Part shown: one piece after another, positions 27,308-36,300 of the stretch
How the letters are laid out: every line of letters begins with the position of its first letter
How positions within the stretch are numbered: the stretch's first letter is position 1
Assembly: GCA_965225775.1 (NCBI GenBank)
Contig: OZ245328.1
Location: 5,564,914 to 5,628,913, forward strand
Length of the DNA: 64,000 nt
From: Polyangiaceae bacterium
GTDB taxonomy: Bacteria; Myxococcota_A; Polyangia; Polyangiales; Polyangiaceae
Reading direction: 5' to 3'
The notes under the pieces: generated by a model
What the model saw: the letters and a program-made list of their open reading frames with translations, nothing else
Told to the model about the DNA's origin: nothing
Database searches by the model: none
Made by a program: the position numbers and the translations under genes

Positions 27308-28186
27308 GTGACGATGGCGACGGACGGATCGCGAGACGTGACGATCGGGATCTTCGGCGGGACCGGCCTTTATTCGATGGCCGGCCTCGAGCTCGAAGAG
27401 GAAACGACCATCGACACACCTTTCGGTCCTCCGTCGGACGCCGTCCGCATCGGGACCGTGGGCGGTCGTCGCGTGGCCTTCTTGGCACGCCACGGCCGCG
27501 CCCACCGGCTCACCCCTTCGGAGATTCCGTTTCGCGCGAACGTCCACGCGATGCGCCAGCTCGGCGTGCGCTGGATGCTCTCGGCGAGCGCGGTCGGCTC
27601 CTTGCGCGAGCACCTGCCGCCGGGGCACTTCGTCGTACCGCTGCAGATGTTCGACCGCACGAAGCAGCGCGACGAGCACACGTTCTTCGGTCGCGGCATC
27701 GTCGCCCACGTGAGCTTCGCACATCCGGTCTGCTCGGCCCTCGCCAAGGCACTCCACAACGCCGCGGTGGAATGCGGCGCGCCGACCACGCTCGGCGGAA
27801 CGTACGTGAACATGGAAGGCCCGGCGTTCTCCACGCGCGCCGAGTCCGAGTGGCACCGCAGCATCGGCTGCGACGTGATCGGCATGACCAACCTCGCCGA
27901 AGCCAAGCTCTGCCGTGAGGCGGAAATCAGCTACGCGACCCTGGCCATGGTCACCGACTACGATGCGTGGAGCGACCAGGAAGTGCACGTCGAGCAGGTG
28001 GTGGCGCAGCTGCATGCGAACGCCGAGCTCGGCCAGCGTGTCCTCAAGCGAGCCATCGCCAACGTGCCGCTCGAGACCACGACACCGGCCCACGACGCGC
28101 TCCGGAACGCGATTTTGACCCCGAAGGATGCCTGGCCCAGCGAGCGCATCGAAGCGCTGCGGCCGTTCCTCGGGAAGTATCTCTGA
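27308..28186 (+). CDS. mtnP: S-methyl-5'-thioadenosine phosphorylase
   Basis: PNP/MTAP family: IGIFGGTGLY, phosphate-binding region, CDVIGMTNLAEAKLCREAEISYATLAMVTDYDAW. Confidence 0.85.
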   Translation: MTMATDGSRDVTIGIFGGTGLYSMAGLELEEETTIDTPFGPPSDAVRIGTVGGRRVAFLARHGRAHRLTPSEIPFRANVHAMRQLGVRWMLSASAVGSLREHLPPGHFVVPLQMFDRTKQRDEHTFFGRGIVAHVSFAHPVCSALAKALHNAAVECGAPTTLGGTYVNMEGPAFSTRAESEWHRSIGCDVIGMTNLAEAKLCREAEISYATLAMVTDYDAWSDQEVHVEQVVAQLHANAELGQRVLKRAIANVPLETTTPAHDALRNAILTPKDAWPSERIEALRPFLGKYL

Positions 28187-28310
28187 GCCTTCGCCTCAGC
28201 GGACGGTCTCGCCTCTTCCCGCGTCTTTCGGCCTAGCGGAACGAGAGGAACGAGCGGGCACGTCGTGGCGGCTCGAAGGCTTCGCGCAGTCACACTGCGC
28301 GACGGCATTT

Positions 28311-28445
28311 TCAGCGCGCGAACTCGAAGAAGAGCCCGCCGTAGAGGAAGACCACGCCTAGGACGGCCAGCAGCCACATGTGCGCGGAGGAAGAGGCCGG
28401 ACCATACGCGGAGGGAGAACGGTGGAGGATGAGGGAGGAGCTCAT
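28311..28445 (-). CDS. possible small hydrophobic peptide (44 aa) in otherwise empty 450-bp gap
   Basis: Not in supplied ORF track; my translation MSSSLILHRSPSAYGPASSSAHMWLLAVLGVVFLYGGLFFEFAR; weak support only. Confidence 0.2.
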   Translation of the reverse strand: MSSSLILHRSPSAYGPASSSAHMWLLAVLGVVFLYGGLFFEFAR

Positions 28446-28577
28446 GCCGACCATCCTAAGTGCGACACCGAACACTGTCAAGGTCACAGCTGTCTCGGCG
28501 TTTGATGGCGAACGCGCGCGGGCTACCCGCCAGCGCTCTCGACCTGGGTGCGCTCACCACTCCTTGCCTCCCGAACG

Positions 28578-28607
28578 GACGAAACCCCGAGACCTGCGGT
28601 CTCGGGG
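28578..28607 (-). terminator. putative intrinsic terminator for TerB-DUF697 gene
   Basis: Hairpin ccccgagacc-tgc-ggtctcgggg 30 bp after stop; on minus strand followed by TTTCGTCCGTT. Confidence 0.4.
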
Positions 28608-28637
28608 CTCCGTGTGTCGAGGGAATCCGCGGGCGGC

Positions 28638-29579
28638 TCAGGTGAGCGAAGCGAGACGCTTGTCGAAGTCTTCCTGCGAGATCTTGCCGTCTTTGAGGTC
28701 GGCCGAGAGTTGCTCGAGCGCGGCCTTGTTGTCCGACTGCTTCTTCGCGATGTCGTCCTTCTGCTCGGCGTAGGCGGCCTTGCCCTCTTTCTCCGCCGAC
28801 TTGAAGAACGTCTTGAGCGCGGCGACGTCGCCCTTCGCGTCTTCCGCGAAGAACTTCTCCATCACCTTGCCGAGCGCGAAGGTCGCCGCGAACGAGGTGG
28901 TCGCGCCCACCGCGCTCCCCCAGCCGGGGACGAGCTTGGCCAAGCTGTTGACCGCCATGCGCGCCCCCGTGCCGAGACCGAGGCCGTAGAGCATGGACTT
29001 CGCGGCGTTCTTGTCCACCGTGTGGCCCCAATACTGACCGATGTCGCGAATCATCTTGAGCTGAATGCCGAGCACGGCAATCTCACCCACCACGGGCAGC
29101 GGGAACGCACCCAAGATCGCGGTGAACGCCGAGTACTTGAGGATGTCGTTGCGCACCTCTTTGGCGCGCTTCTCCGGGTCGGTGATTGCCTGGATGTTGC
29201 TCGGCAAGACGGTGTCTTTGCCCTCGGCCAAGAGCTTCGTGAAGAAAGTCTTCTGCTCGGCCGTGACCTGGGTCTTCTCCGCGATGACGTCGAGCAGCTT
29301 CTGCTCTTCGGGCGAACACGAGCCGTCGGCGTTGGCCATCGCGAAGGCGCTCTTCCAGATTTCGCCGCGCGCGGCGGGCGACGTGAGGAGCTCGAGCTGC
29401 GCGTCCACGTCGATGGTTTCCGCGAGGAGCGAGTCCGCCGTGGTGCCTGCCGGAAGCGAGATGCCCTCGAGCGCCGCGGCGATCGACTTCTTCTCTTCCT
29501 CGTGAATCTGGCCGTCGGCCTGCGCGACGGCGACGAGAATACGAAGGCTGGCAACCGCTTCTTGTTCCGTGATGGACAT
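28638..29579 (-). CDS. fusion protein: N-terminal TerB-like (DUF533/tellurite-resistance TerB fold) + C-terminal DUF697 (YcjF-like) membrane-associated domain
   Basis: ATG 29579 with GGAGG 9 nt upstream; TerB-like LRILVAVAQADGQIHEEEKKSIAAAL and ...AFAMANADGSCSPEEQKLLD; DUF697-like ILGAFPLPVVGEIAVLGIQLKMIRDIGQYWG. Confidence 0.55.
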   Translation of the reverse strand: MSITEQEAVASLRILVAVAQADGQIHEEEKKSIAAALEGISLPAGTTADSLLAETIDVDAQLELLTSPAARGEIWKSAFAMANADGSCSPEEQKLLDVIAEKTQVTAEQKTFFTKLLAEGKDTVLPSNIQAITDPEKRAKEVRNDILKYSAFTAILGAFPLPVVGEIAVLGIQLKMIRDIGQYWGHTVDKNAAKSMLYGLGLGTGARMAVNSLAKLVPGWGSAVGATTSFAATFALGKVMEKFFAEDAKGDVAALKTFFKSAEKEGKAAYAEQKDDIAKKQSDNKAALEQLSADLKDGKISQEDFDKRLASLT

Positions 29580-29692
29580 GAAAAACCCCTCCGAGACGTG
29601 ACCCACTCGGGCCGTTGTCGTTCACGGAGGCCACGCCCCCGCGCGCCGAGACGAGAACTTGCGCGGGGAAAACTGTCAAGAGAAGCCGCCGA

Positions 29693-30169
29693 ATGGACTT
29701 CCGCGCGCGCGCCGCGTTAGCGTTCCAGGCCGTGAAAGGCTCCGCAACCGTTCTGCTCGGGATGCTCGCCCCGGACCTGCTCGACGAAGCGAGCGCCTAC
29801 GTCCGTGAGGCCTCGCGCGAAGATCCCGCGAACGCCATCGTGTGGACGGTGCTCGTCGCCTCGCACCTCTTCTACAAGGCCGAGGTGGGGCACAACCCCA
29901 AGGTGAAGACCCTCAACGATGCGTTCGTGTACGTGTCCACCAACCTCTCGGTCGGTTATTGCGACATCTTCGCGACCACCGAGCGCGGCAAGCAGATCGC
30001 CACGCTGCTCATGACCTTCGGCCCCGCCCTCGCGGCGCGCGCGCTCGACGAGACCGCGGCAGAGAAGCGCGAAGCGGCTGCCGAGCAGGACAAAAAGCAC
30101 GACGACATGCTCGCTCGACTCGACCGCATCGCGACCCTGCTCGAAGGTCCGGCGACCGTGCGCACATGA
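29693..30169 (+). CDS. minimal 2-TM ion channel family protein (K+ channel pore-loop like) with cytoplasmic coiled coil
   Basis: 159 aa from ATG 29693; TM1 - pore helix - filter-like NLSVGYCDI (cf. TVGYGD) - TM2; alternative TTG start at 29615. Confidence 0.45.
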   Translation: MDFRARAALAFQAVKGSATVLLGMLAPDLLDEASAYVREASREDPANAIVWTVLVASHLFYKAEVGHNPKVKTLNDAFVYVSTNLSVGYCDIFATTERGKQIATLLMTFGPALAARALDETAAEKREAAAEQDKKHDDMLARLDRIATLLEGPATVRT

Positions 30170-30921
30170 GCGCGCTCGCCCCCCTGTTCGCGTTCCCGGT
30201 CGCCGTGTGGACCGTGCTCGTGGCCATTTCCCTCGTCTATTGGCTGTTCGTGATGAGCGGCCTCGTGCACCTCGGCGAGGGCGTGGACGGTGGTGCAGAA
30301 GGCGCCTCCGAAGGCACGGCCGGAGCCATCAAGGGTGCGCTCGAGGGCGCAGCCGGCGGACACGGACCGGACGTGGACCTCGACGGCGACGTCGATCTCG
30401 ACGGCCCCGACGCCGACGTGGACGGAGGAGGAGGCGGACCGACACACGGCTTCTTGGCAGCGTTTCGAATGCGAGACGTGCCGGTCACGGTCTCGTTCTC
30501 GCTCGTCTCGTTCTTCTCGTGGGCCCTCTGCCTGGTGGCGAACTTCGTCGCGCATCGCGTGGCTTACGAGCCCGGACTCCTCGTGAAGTGCCTCGTATGC
30601 TTCTTGGCTGCGCCGCTGTTCGCGCTCCCCCTCGCGTCGCTCTCCACCCGTCCGCTCGCACCGCTCTTGACCACCAAGAAGGCCAAATCGTCCAAAGACC
30701 TCATCGGCAAGACGTGCACGATCCGCACGGGCGAAGCCAACGCGACCTTCGGCGAAGCCTTGGTGAAGGACACGGGAGCGGACCTCGTCTTGCGCGTGCG
30801 CGTCGAAGGCGAGGCCCTGAAGCGGGGCGAAGAAGGCCTCATCGTCGGGTGGGACGAAGAGCGTGAAGAGTACATCGTCGAGTCCATGGACGAAGCGATG
30901 GGCCGACGAAAACGGTCATAA
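30166..30921 (+). CDS. NfeD-like (YqiJ-type, OB-fold) membrane protein
   Basis: ATG 30166 overlapping upstream stop (ATGA); N-terminal TM helices, acidic Gly/Asp linker, C-terminal OB-fold-like beta segment; immediately upstream of flotillin. Confidence 0.65.
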   Translation: MSALAPLFAFPVAVWTVLVAISLVYWLFVMSGLVHLGEGVDGGAEGASEGTAGAIKGALEGAAGGHGPDVDLDGDVDLDGPDADVDGGGGGPTHGFLAAFRMRDVPVTVSFSLVSFFSWALCLVANFVAHRVAYEPGLLVKCLVCFLAAPLFALPLASLSTRPLAPLLTTKKAKSSKDLIGKTCTIRTGEANATFGEALVKDTGADLVLRVRVEGEALKRGEEGLIVGWDEEREEYIVESMDEAMGRRKRS

Positions 30922-31003
30922 GTTTCACTTCGTGTAGGCACGCGTGCCACGCTTCGCCTGCGGACGCGAATCTTCGCGGCTGCTGGACACCAGAGAGCGG
31001 GAC

Positions 31004-32998
31004 ATGCAGGAATACATTCCTTTCATTGCTTTGTTCGGGGCGGGGCTCGTCATTCTGTTCGGCGTCGGAGCGCTCTTCGCCCGATTTTACCGCCAGGTGG
31101 AGCAGGGCAAGGCGCTCATCGTGAACACCTCACGAGCGGAGCCGGCCGTCACCTTCACGGGCAAGCTCGTGCTGCCGGTGGTGAACCGCGCCGAGATCAT
31201 GGACTTGTCGGTCAAGACCATCCAGATCGACCGACGGGGCAAAGAAGGCCTCATCTGCAACGACAACATCCGCGCGGACATCAACGTCACGTTCTTCGTG
31301 CGCGTGAACAAGACCGCGGAAGACGTGCTCAAGGTCGCCCAGTCGATCGGCTGCGCCCGCGCGAGCGACACCCGTACGCTGGTCGAGCTCTTCAACGCGA
31401 AGTTCTCCGAGGCGCTCAAGACCGTCGGAAAGCACTTCGATTTCGAGCAGCTCTATACGAAGCGCGACGAATTCAAGGATGCCATCATCAAGGTGATCGG
31501 CAAGGATCTGAACGGTTTCATCCTCGACGACGCCGCCATCGACTACCTCGAGCAGACGCCACTCGAGGCGCTCGACCGCGACAACATCATGGACTCGGAG
31601 GGTATCCGGAAGATCACGGCCCTCACCGTCGAGCGAAACGTGCAGACCAACGAGCTCCGCCAAAAGGAGCGAATGGAAGTCGGCAGCCAGAACCTGGCCG
31701 CGGACGAGGCGATCTTCCGCTTCGAGCAGCGCAAGGCCGAGGCCGAGGCCAAGAAGGCAAAAGAGATCGCAATCGCGCAATCCCGCGAACAGAACGAAGC
31801 GGCGCGGGTCTCGCTGGAAGAGCAGAAGAAGACCTTGCTCGTTCAGCACAAAAACGAGGAAGAGACCTTCATCGCGGCCGAAGTGAAGGCACGCGGCGTG
31901 GCGATCGCCCAGAAGAACCGCGAGCGCGAGGTGGCCATCGAGACCGAGCGCGTGGAGAAGGCTCGCCAGCTCGAGGTGGTGACTCGCGAGCGCGAAGTGG
32001 CCATTTCGACCTTGGCTCGTGACCGAGACCTCGAGGTGCAGCGCAAGGAAATCGCCGACGTGGTGCGCTCGCGCATCGCCGTCGACAAGACGGTCGCAGC
32101 GGAAGAAGAGCAGATCAAAGACCTTCGCACGACCGCGCAGGCCACCCGCGAGAAGGAGGTCGTGCGCTTGAACGCCGAGGCACAGGCGCAAGAGACCTTG
32201 GTCAAGTTGGTCAAGGCCGCCGAAGCGCAGGAGACCGCCGCCAAGCACAAGGCGCGCGAGAAGGTCATTTCGGCAGACGCCGATCTCGAGACGGCCGACA
32301 AGGTGGCGCGCGCCAAGATTCGATTGGCCGAGGGTGTCCAGGCCGAAGAGGCTGCCAAAGGGCTGGCTCAGGCTCGTGTCCGCGAGGCCGACGCCGTTGC
32401 CACGGAGAAGCTCGGCCTCGTGGAGGCCAAGGTGGCCTTCGAGAAAGCCTCGGCGACCGCCCAGGGAGAAGAGCGCCAAGGCCTTGCCAAGGTGACCGTT
32501 CGCCAGGCCGAAGCCGACGCCATCCAGAGGACCGGACTCGCCGAGGCCACGGTGGTGCGCGAGCGCATGACCGCGGAAGCGACGGGCATTCGGGAGAAGG
32601 CCGACGCCATGCGGTCGCTCGACGCGAGCTCCCGCGAGCACGAGGAGTTCCGCTTGACGCTCGAGCGCGACCGCACGGTGCAACTCGAGAGCATCAAGGC
32701 CCGCAAAGAGCAGGCCCAGGCCCAGGCCGACGTACTCGGCAAATCGCTCGCCAATGCGAAGTTCAATATCGTGGGCGGCGACGGGGCGTTCTTCGATCGC
32801 TACGTCAAGGCGATCGGAATCGGCCAATCGGTCGAAGGGGCCCTCGGCGAGAGCCCCACGCTGCGCGGCATGGCTCGTGAGCTGACGAGCGACGGCTCGC
32901 TCGACCCCGAGCTTGCCGGCCTCATCGAGCGCTTCTCGCGCGGCGACAAAGACGCCCAGAAGAAGCTGCTCGGCATGGTGAAGAAAGACGGCATTTGA
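31004..32998 (+). CDS. flotillin family (SPFH/band-7, YqiK-like) protein
   Basis: 664 aa; N-terminal TM helix, SPFH domain, long Ala/Glu/Lys/Arg coiled-coil flotillin region. Confidence 0.85.
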   Translation: MQEYIPFIALFGAGLVILFGVGALFARFYRQVEQGKALIVNTSRAEPAVTFTGKLVLPVVNRAEIMDLSVKTIQIDRRGKEGLICNDNIRADINVTFFVRVNKTAEDVLKVAQSIGCARASDTRTLVELFNAKFSEALKTVGKHFDFEQLYTKRDEFKDAIIKVIGKDLNGFILDDAAIDYLEQTPLEALDRDNIMDSEGIRKITALTVERNVQTNELRQKERMEVGSQNLAADEAIFRFEQRKAEAEAKKAKEIAIAQSREQNEAARVSLEEQKKTLLVQHKNEEETFIAAEVKARGVAIAQKNREREVAIETERVEKARQLEVVTREREVAISTLARDRDLEVQRKEIADVVRSRIAVDKTVAAEEEQIKDLRTTAQATREKEVVRLNAEAQAQETLVKLVKAAEAQETAAKHKAREKVISADADLETADKVARAKIRLAEGVQAEEAAKGLAQARVREADAVATEKLGLVEAKVAFEKASATAQGEERQGLAKVTVRQAEADAIQRTGLAEATVVRERMTAEATGIREKADAMRSLDASSREHEEFRLTLERDRTVQLESIKARKEQAQAQADVLGKSLANAKFNIVGGDGAFFDRYVKAIGIGQSVEGALGESPTLRGMARELTSDGSLDPELAGLIERFSRGDKDAQKKLLGMVKKDGI

Positions 32999-33330
32999 CG
33001 GCTCGCCGGCCTCTCCCGGGCCGACGACCGTCTCGTGTGCGAACAATCGGCTCGAACCACGAGCCACAGGTTCGGGCTCTCCACGAGGGCCCGAACGAGC
33101 CCCGGCTCTCCGCTGACTCAGCTGATATTGCCGACCTTGTCATCGGAGGACGCTGTCCTCCGCCCCACGGGCAAAAGCCCGCTGGGGGCCCACTCCAGGT
33201 TTTGGGTCCCGGCCCGAGACGGCCACGCATATCAGAATCGTGACCGTCGACTTGAAGACCGGGGTGAACGAACGTCGAGCCCTGCTCGACCCGACGGGCG
33301 CCTCGCGCGACCCGTCCACGGGGACGCGCC

Positions 33331-36300
33331 ATGTCCGAACGAAATGAAGAAGGCTCGGGCGTAGGCTCGCTCGACACCGGCAGCTACGAGGTCGTCAAAC
33401 AACGGCTGGTCGGGCATGTCGACGATCTCACGAAACGCGCCGAGCGGCTCAACGAGGCGCGCAAGGAGGTCTTCGGCTCGTCCGCCTTCGAGCTCTTGCA
33501 CACGAGCCGCGTGCGCACGACCAACGCGGCCCAACCGCGCGACATGATCTCGGTCGACGGGCATCTGCTCTTCGCGTTCGCGGTCACGCTCGGCTTGAAG
33601 AGCACCCCCGCGGTCGAAGACGTGTTCGCGCTCTACAAACTCGACCCCCACGCCGAGGGCGACGGTCTCGAGCCCATTTCGCTCGAGGGTACGTTCCTCT
33701 CCACTCCGGCCTTCGTCTCGGACTTCACGACGGCGTTCCGCTACGCGAAAAACGCCCGAATCCTCAAGCTCAAGAAGACCGACAAGCGCCTACTCGTCAT
33801 CGTCCAGATCGGCGACAAGCTGACCGACGTGCGCGTGTTCCGCTTCGGGATCGACGCCAAGGGCACGGTGGCCTACATCGACGCGCGCGGCGAAGAGGAC
33901 AACGTTCCTCCGGCGCCGTTCGCCTTCTCGTGGACGCGCACGGGGCGAGAACAACAAGTGATGGGTCCGCACCCGCACGTGAACGTGCTCGACGAAGTGT
34001 TCGTCGAGACCGTGGGCGGCGACCTCACCGTCAAGATCGAGAACAACACCAAAGACGGACGGGGCGTCTGGCGCGAGCCGGTGGCCGACCCCAATCAAAC
34101 CCTCGACGACGCCGAGATCTCGTATGCCAAGGTCGGCACGTTGATCTTGCTCCGGGTATTGCCCTATCGCGAAGAGAAGGCGCGTTACCTCGTCTACAAT
34201 ACCCTCAAAAAGAACGTCGTCCGCATCGACGCGATAGGCCAAGCCTGCCTCGAATTGCCCGAGGACCAAGGCATTCTCTTTCCGGGAGGCCACTACGTCG
34301 CCGCGCAAGAAGCACGCATCGTCGACGCCGACGTCTCCGACATGATCTACGAGGGCATGATCCGCGCGCCCAACGGCGAGGACGTCCTCTACGTGTTCTA
34401 CCGCGAGGAAGAGGGGCTCTACCTCCAACTGCCCTACAACCTCATCACCAAGGACCTGGGCGCGCCGGTGCGCGGCCACGGGTACAGCCTGCTCGAAGAC
34501 GGCACCATGCCGCTCTTCCGCGCGCCCGAGGGGGCAGAGGCCACGCGCGTCCACCCCTTCCAGGTCTGGAAGACACCGTTTTCCAGCTTGGAAGAGGCCG
34601 AGCGAGCCGGGCGAGCACGCGGCGGCGACTCGTATCTGGCCAAGGTCGGCAATCCGGCTCTGGTACGCGGAATCAGCGACGCCTTCGCCATTCGGAAACT
34701 CGCGCTCACCGACTCCCCTACCCGACGCACGTTCGAGGAGCTGTGCACACAAGCCGCGCGCGCCATCGACGACCACTATTGGATTGGGCACACCGAGGCG
34801 TTCGACCTCAAGAGCGCCCTCAAAGAAGTCCGCAAGAGCGCCGACGCGGTGTTGCTCGAGTTCGAGAAGGTCGAGGCGTACAAGGCGCAGGCCGAAAAGG
34901 CCCTCGCGGATGCCGCGGAGGCACAGAAAGAGCTCTTTCGTTCGCAGCGACCCGAAGACGTGCCCTCCGCAGAGAGCTACCTCGCCGCGCTCTCCGCGCT
35001 GCGTACGCAACGAGGCAAGCTCGTCGCGCTGCGTGAGCTCCGATACGTGGACCTTGCAGCTATCGACGTCCTGGAGAAGGGGGTCGACGCGCGCTTCGCC
35101 GAGGTGCGTGGTTCCTGCGTCTCGTATTTCGAATCGGAGACGGCTTGGGCTCCGGTCACCGCCGGGCTGGACGAGCTCTCGGCCAAGATCGAGGCGACCA
35201 CGAAGAGCGTCGAGCTCGCACAGCACCAGACGAAGCTCGACACGCTGCACGCACAGCTCTTGCTGCTCGGGGAGACCGTCTCCGGGCTCGAGGTCGACGA
35301 CGCCACCGTGCGCACGCGCGTGCTCGAGCAACTCTCCAAGGCACTCGCCGTGCTCAATCGTGTGCGGGCGTCGTTCGAGGCCAAGCGGAAAGAGCACTAC
35401 GGGCGTGAGGGCCGCGCGGAGCTCGCCGTGCAGCTCGGGGTGTTCGCGCAGGCGGTCGGCGCCGCGGTAGGCTCTTGCCGAACACCGGAGGAATGCGACG
35501 CCGAGCTCGGCAAGCTGCTCCTCCGATTGGAAGAGCTCTCGGGTAGATTCGGCGAGCTGGTCGAGTTCGCGGAGGAAATCGACAAGAAGCGGGAAGAGGT
35601 CACCGAGACCTTCGGCTCGCGAAGGCAGACCCTATCCGACGAGCGCCACAAGCGCGCCGAGGCCCTCGCCACCGCGGGCGAGCGCATGCTCCAGGGCATC
35701 GTCCGCAAGAGCGAGACGTTCGCCGACGAAGAAGAGCTGCTCGCCTACTTCGCCAGCGACCCGATGGTGCAGAAGGTCGCCGATTCGGCCCAAAAACTCG
35801 GCGCGCTCGGGGAGAACGTTCGCGCCGACGAAATGGCCACTCGCCTCAAGGTCGCCAAGCAAGACGCGGTCCGAAAGCTGCGCGACAAACGAGAGCTGCG
35901 CGACGGCGACGGCGTGAAGCTCGGAGGCTTCACGTTCTCGGTCACGAAGAGCGCCGTCGACCTGGTAGTCGTCCCCAAAGACGGCAAATTGGCGCTCCAT
36001 TTGACGGGCACGGACTTCTACGACCCGCTCGAAGCCCCCGAGCTCGACGAGCTCTCGGACGTCTGGGAGCAATCGCTCGCCAGCGAGTCGAAGGCCGTCT
36101 ATCGCGCCGAATACCTGGCCTTCCGCATTCTCGACGACGCAGTGCTCGGGCGCGAAGGACTCGACCTCGCCAAGTTGCGCGAGGCCGTCCGCGAGGGAAA
36201 GCTCGGTCTATTGGTGTCGGACGTGGCCGCCAAGCGCCTCGACGAAGGCTACGAGCGCGGCGTCCACGACCTCGACGCGACGGCCATCCTCGGGCAGCTC

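Noticed and set aside
30330-30440. Repetitive gacgtggacctcgacggcgacgtcgatctcgacggc tract
   Set aside because: Coding for the acidic Gly/Asp linker of the NfeD-like protein.
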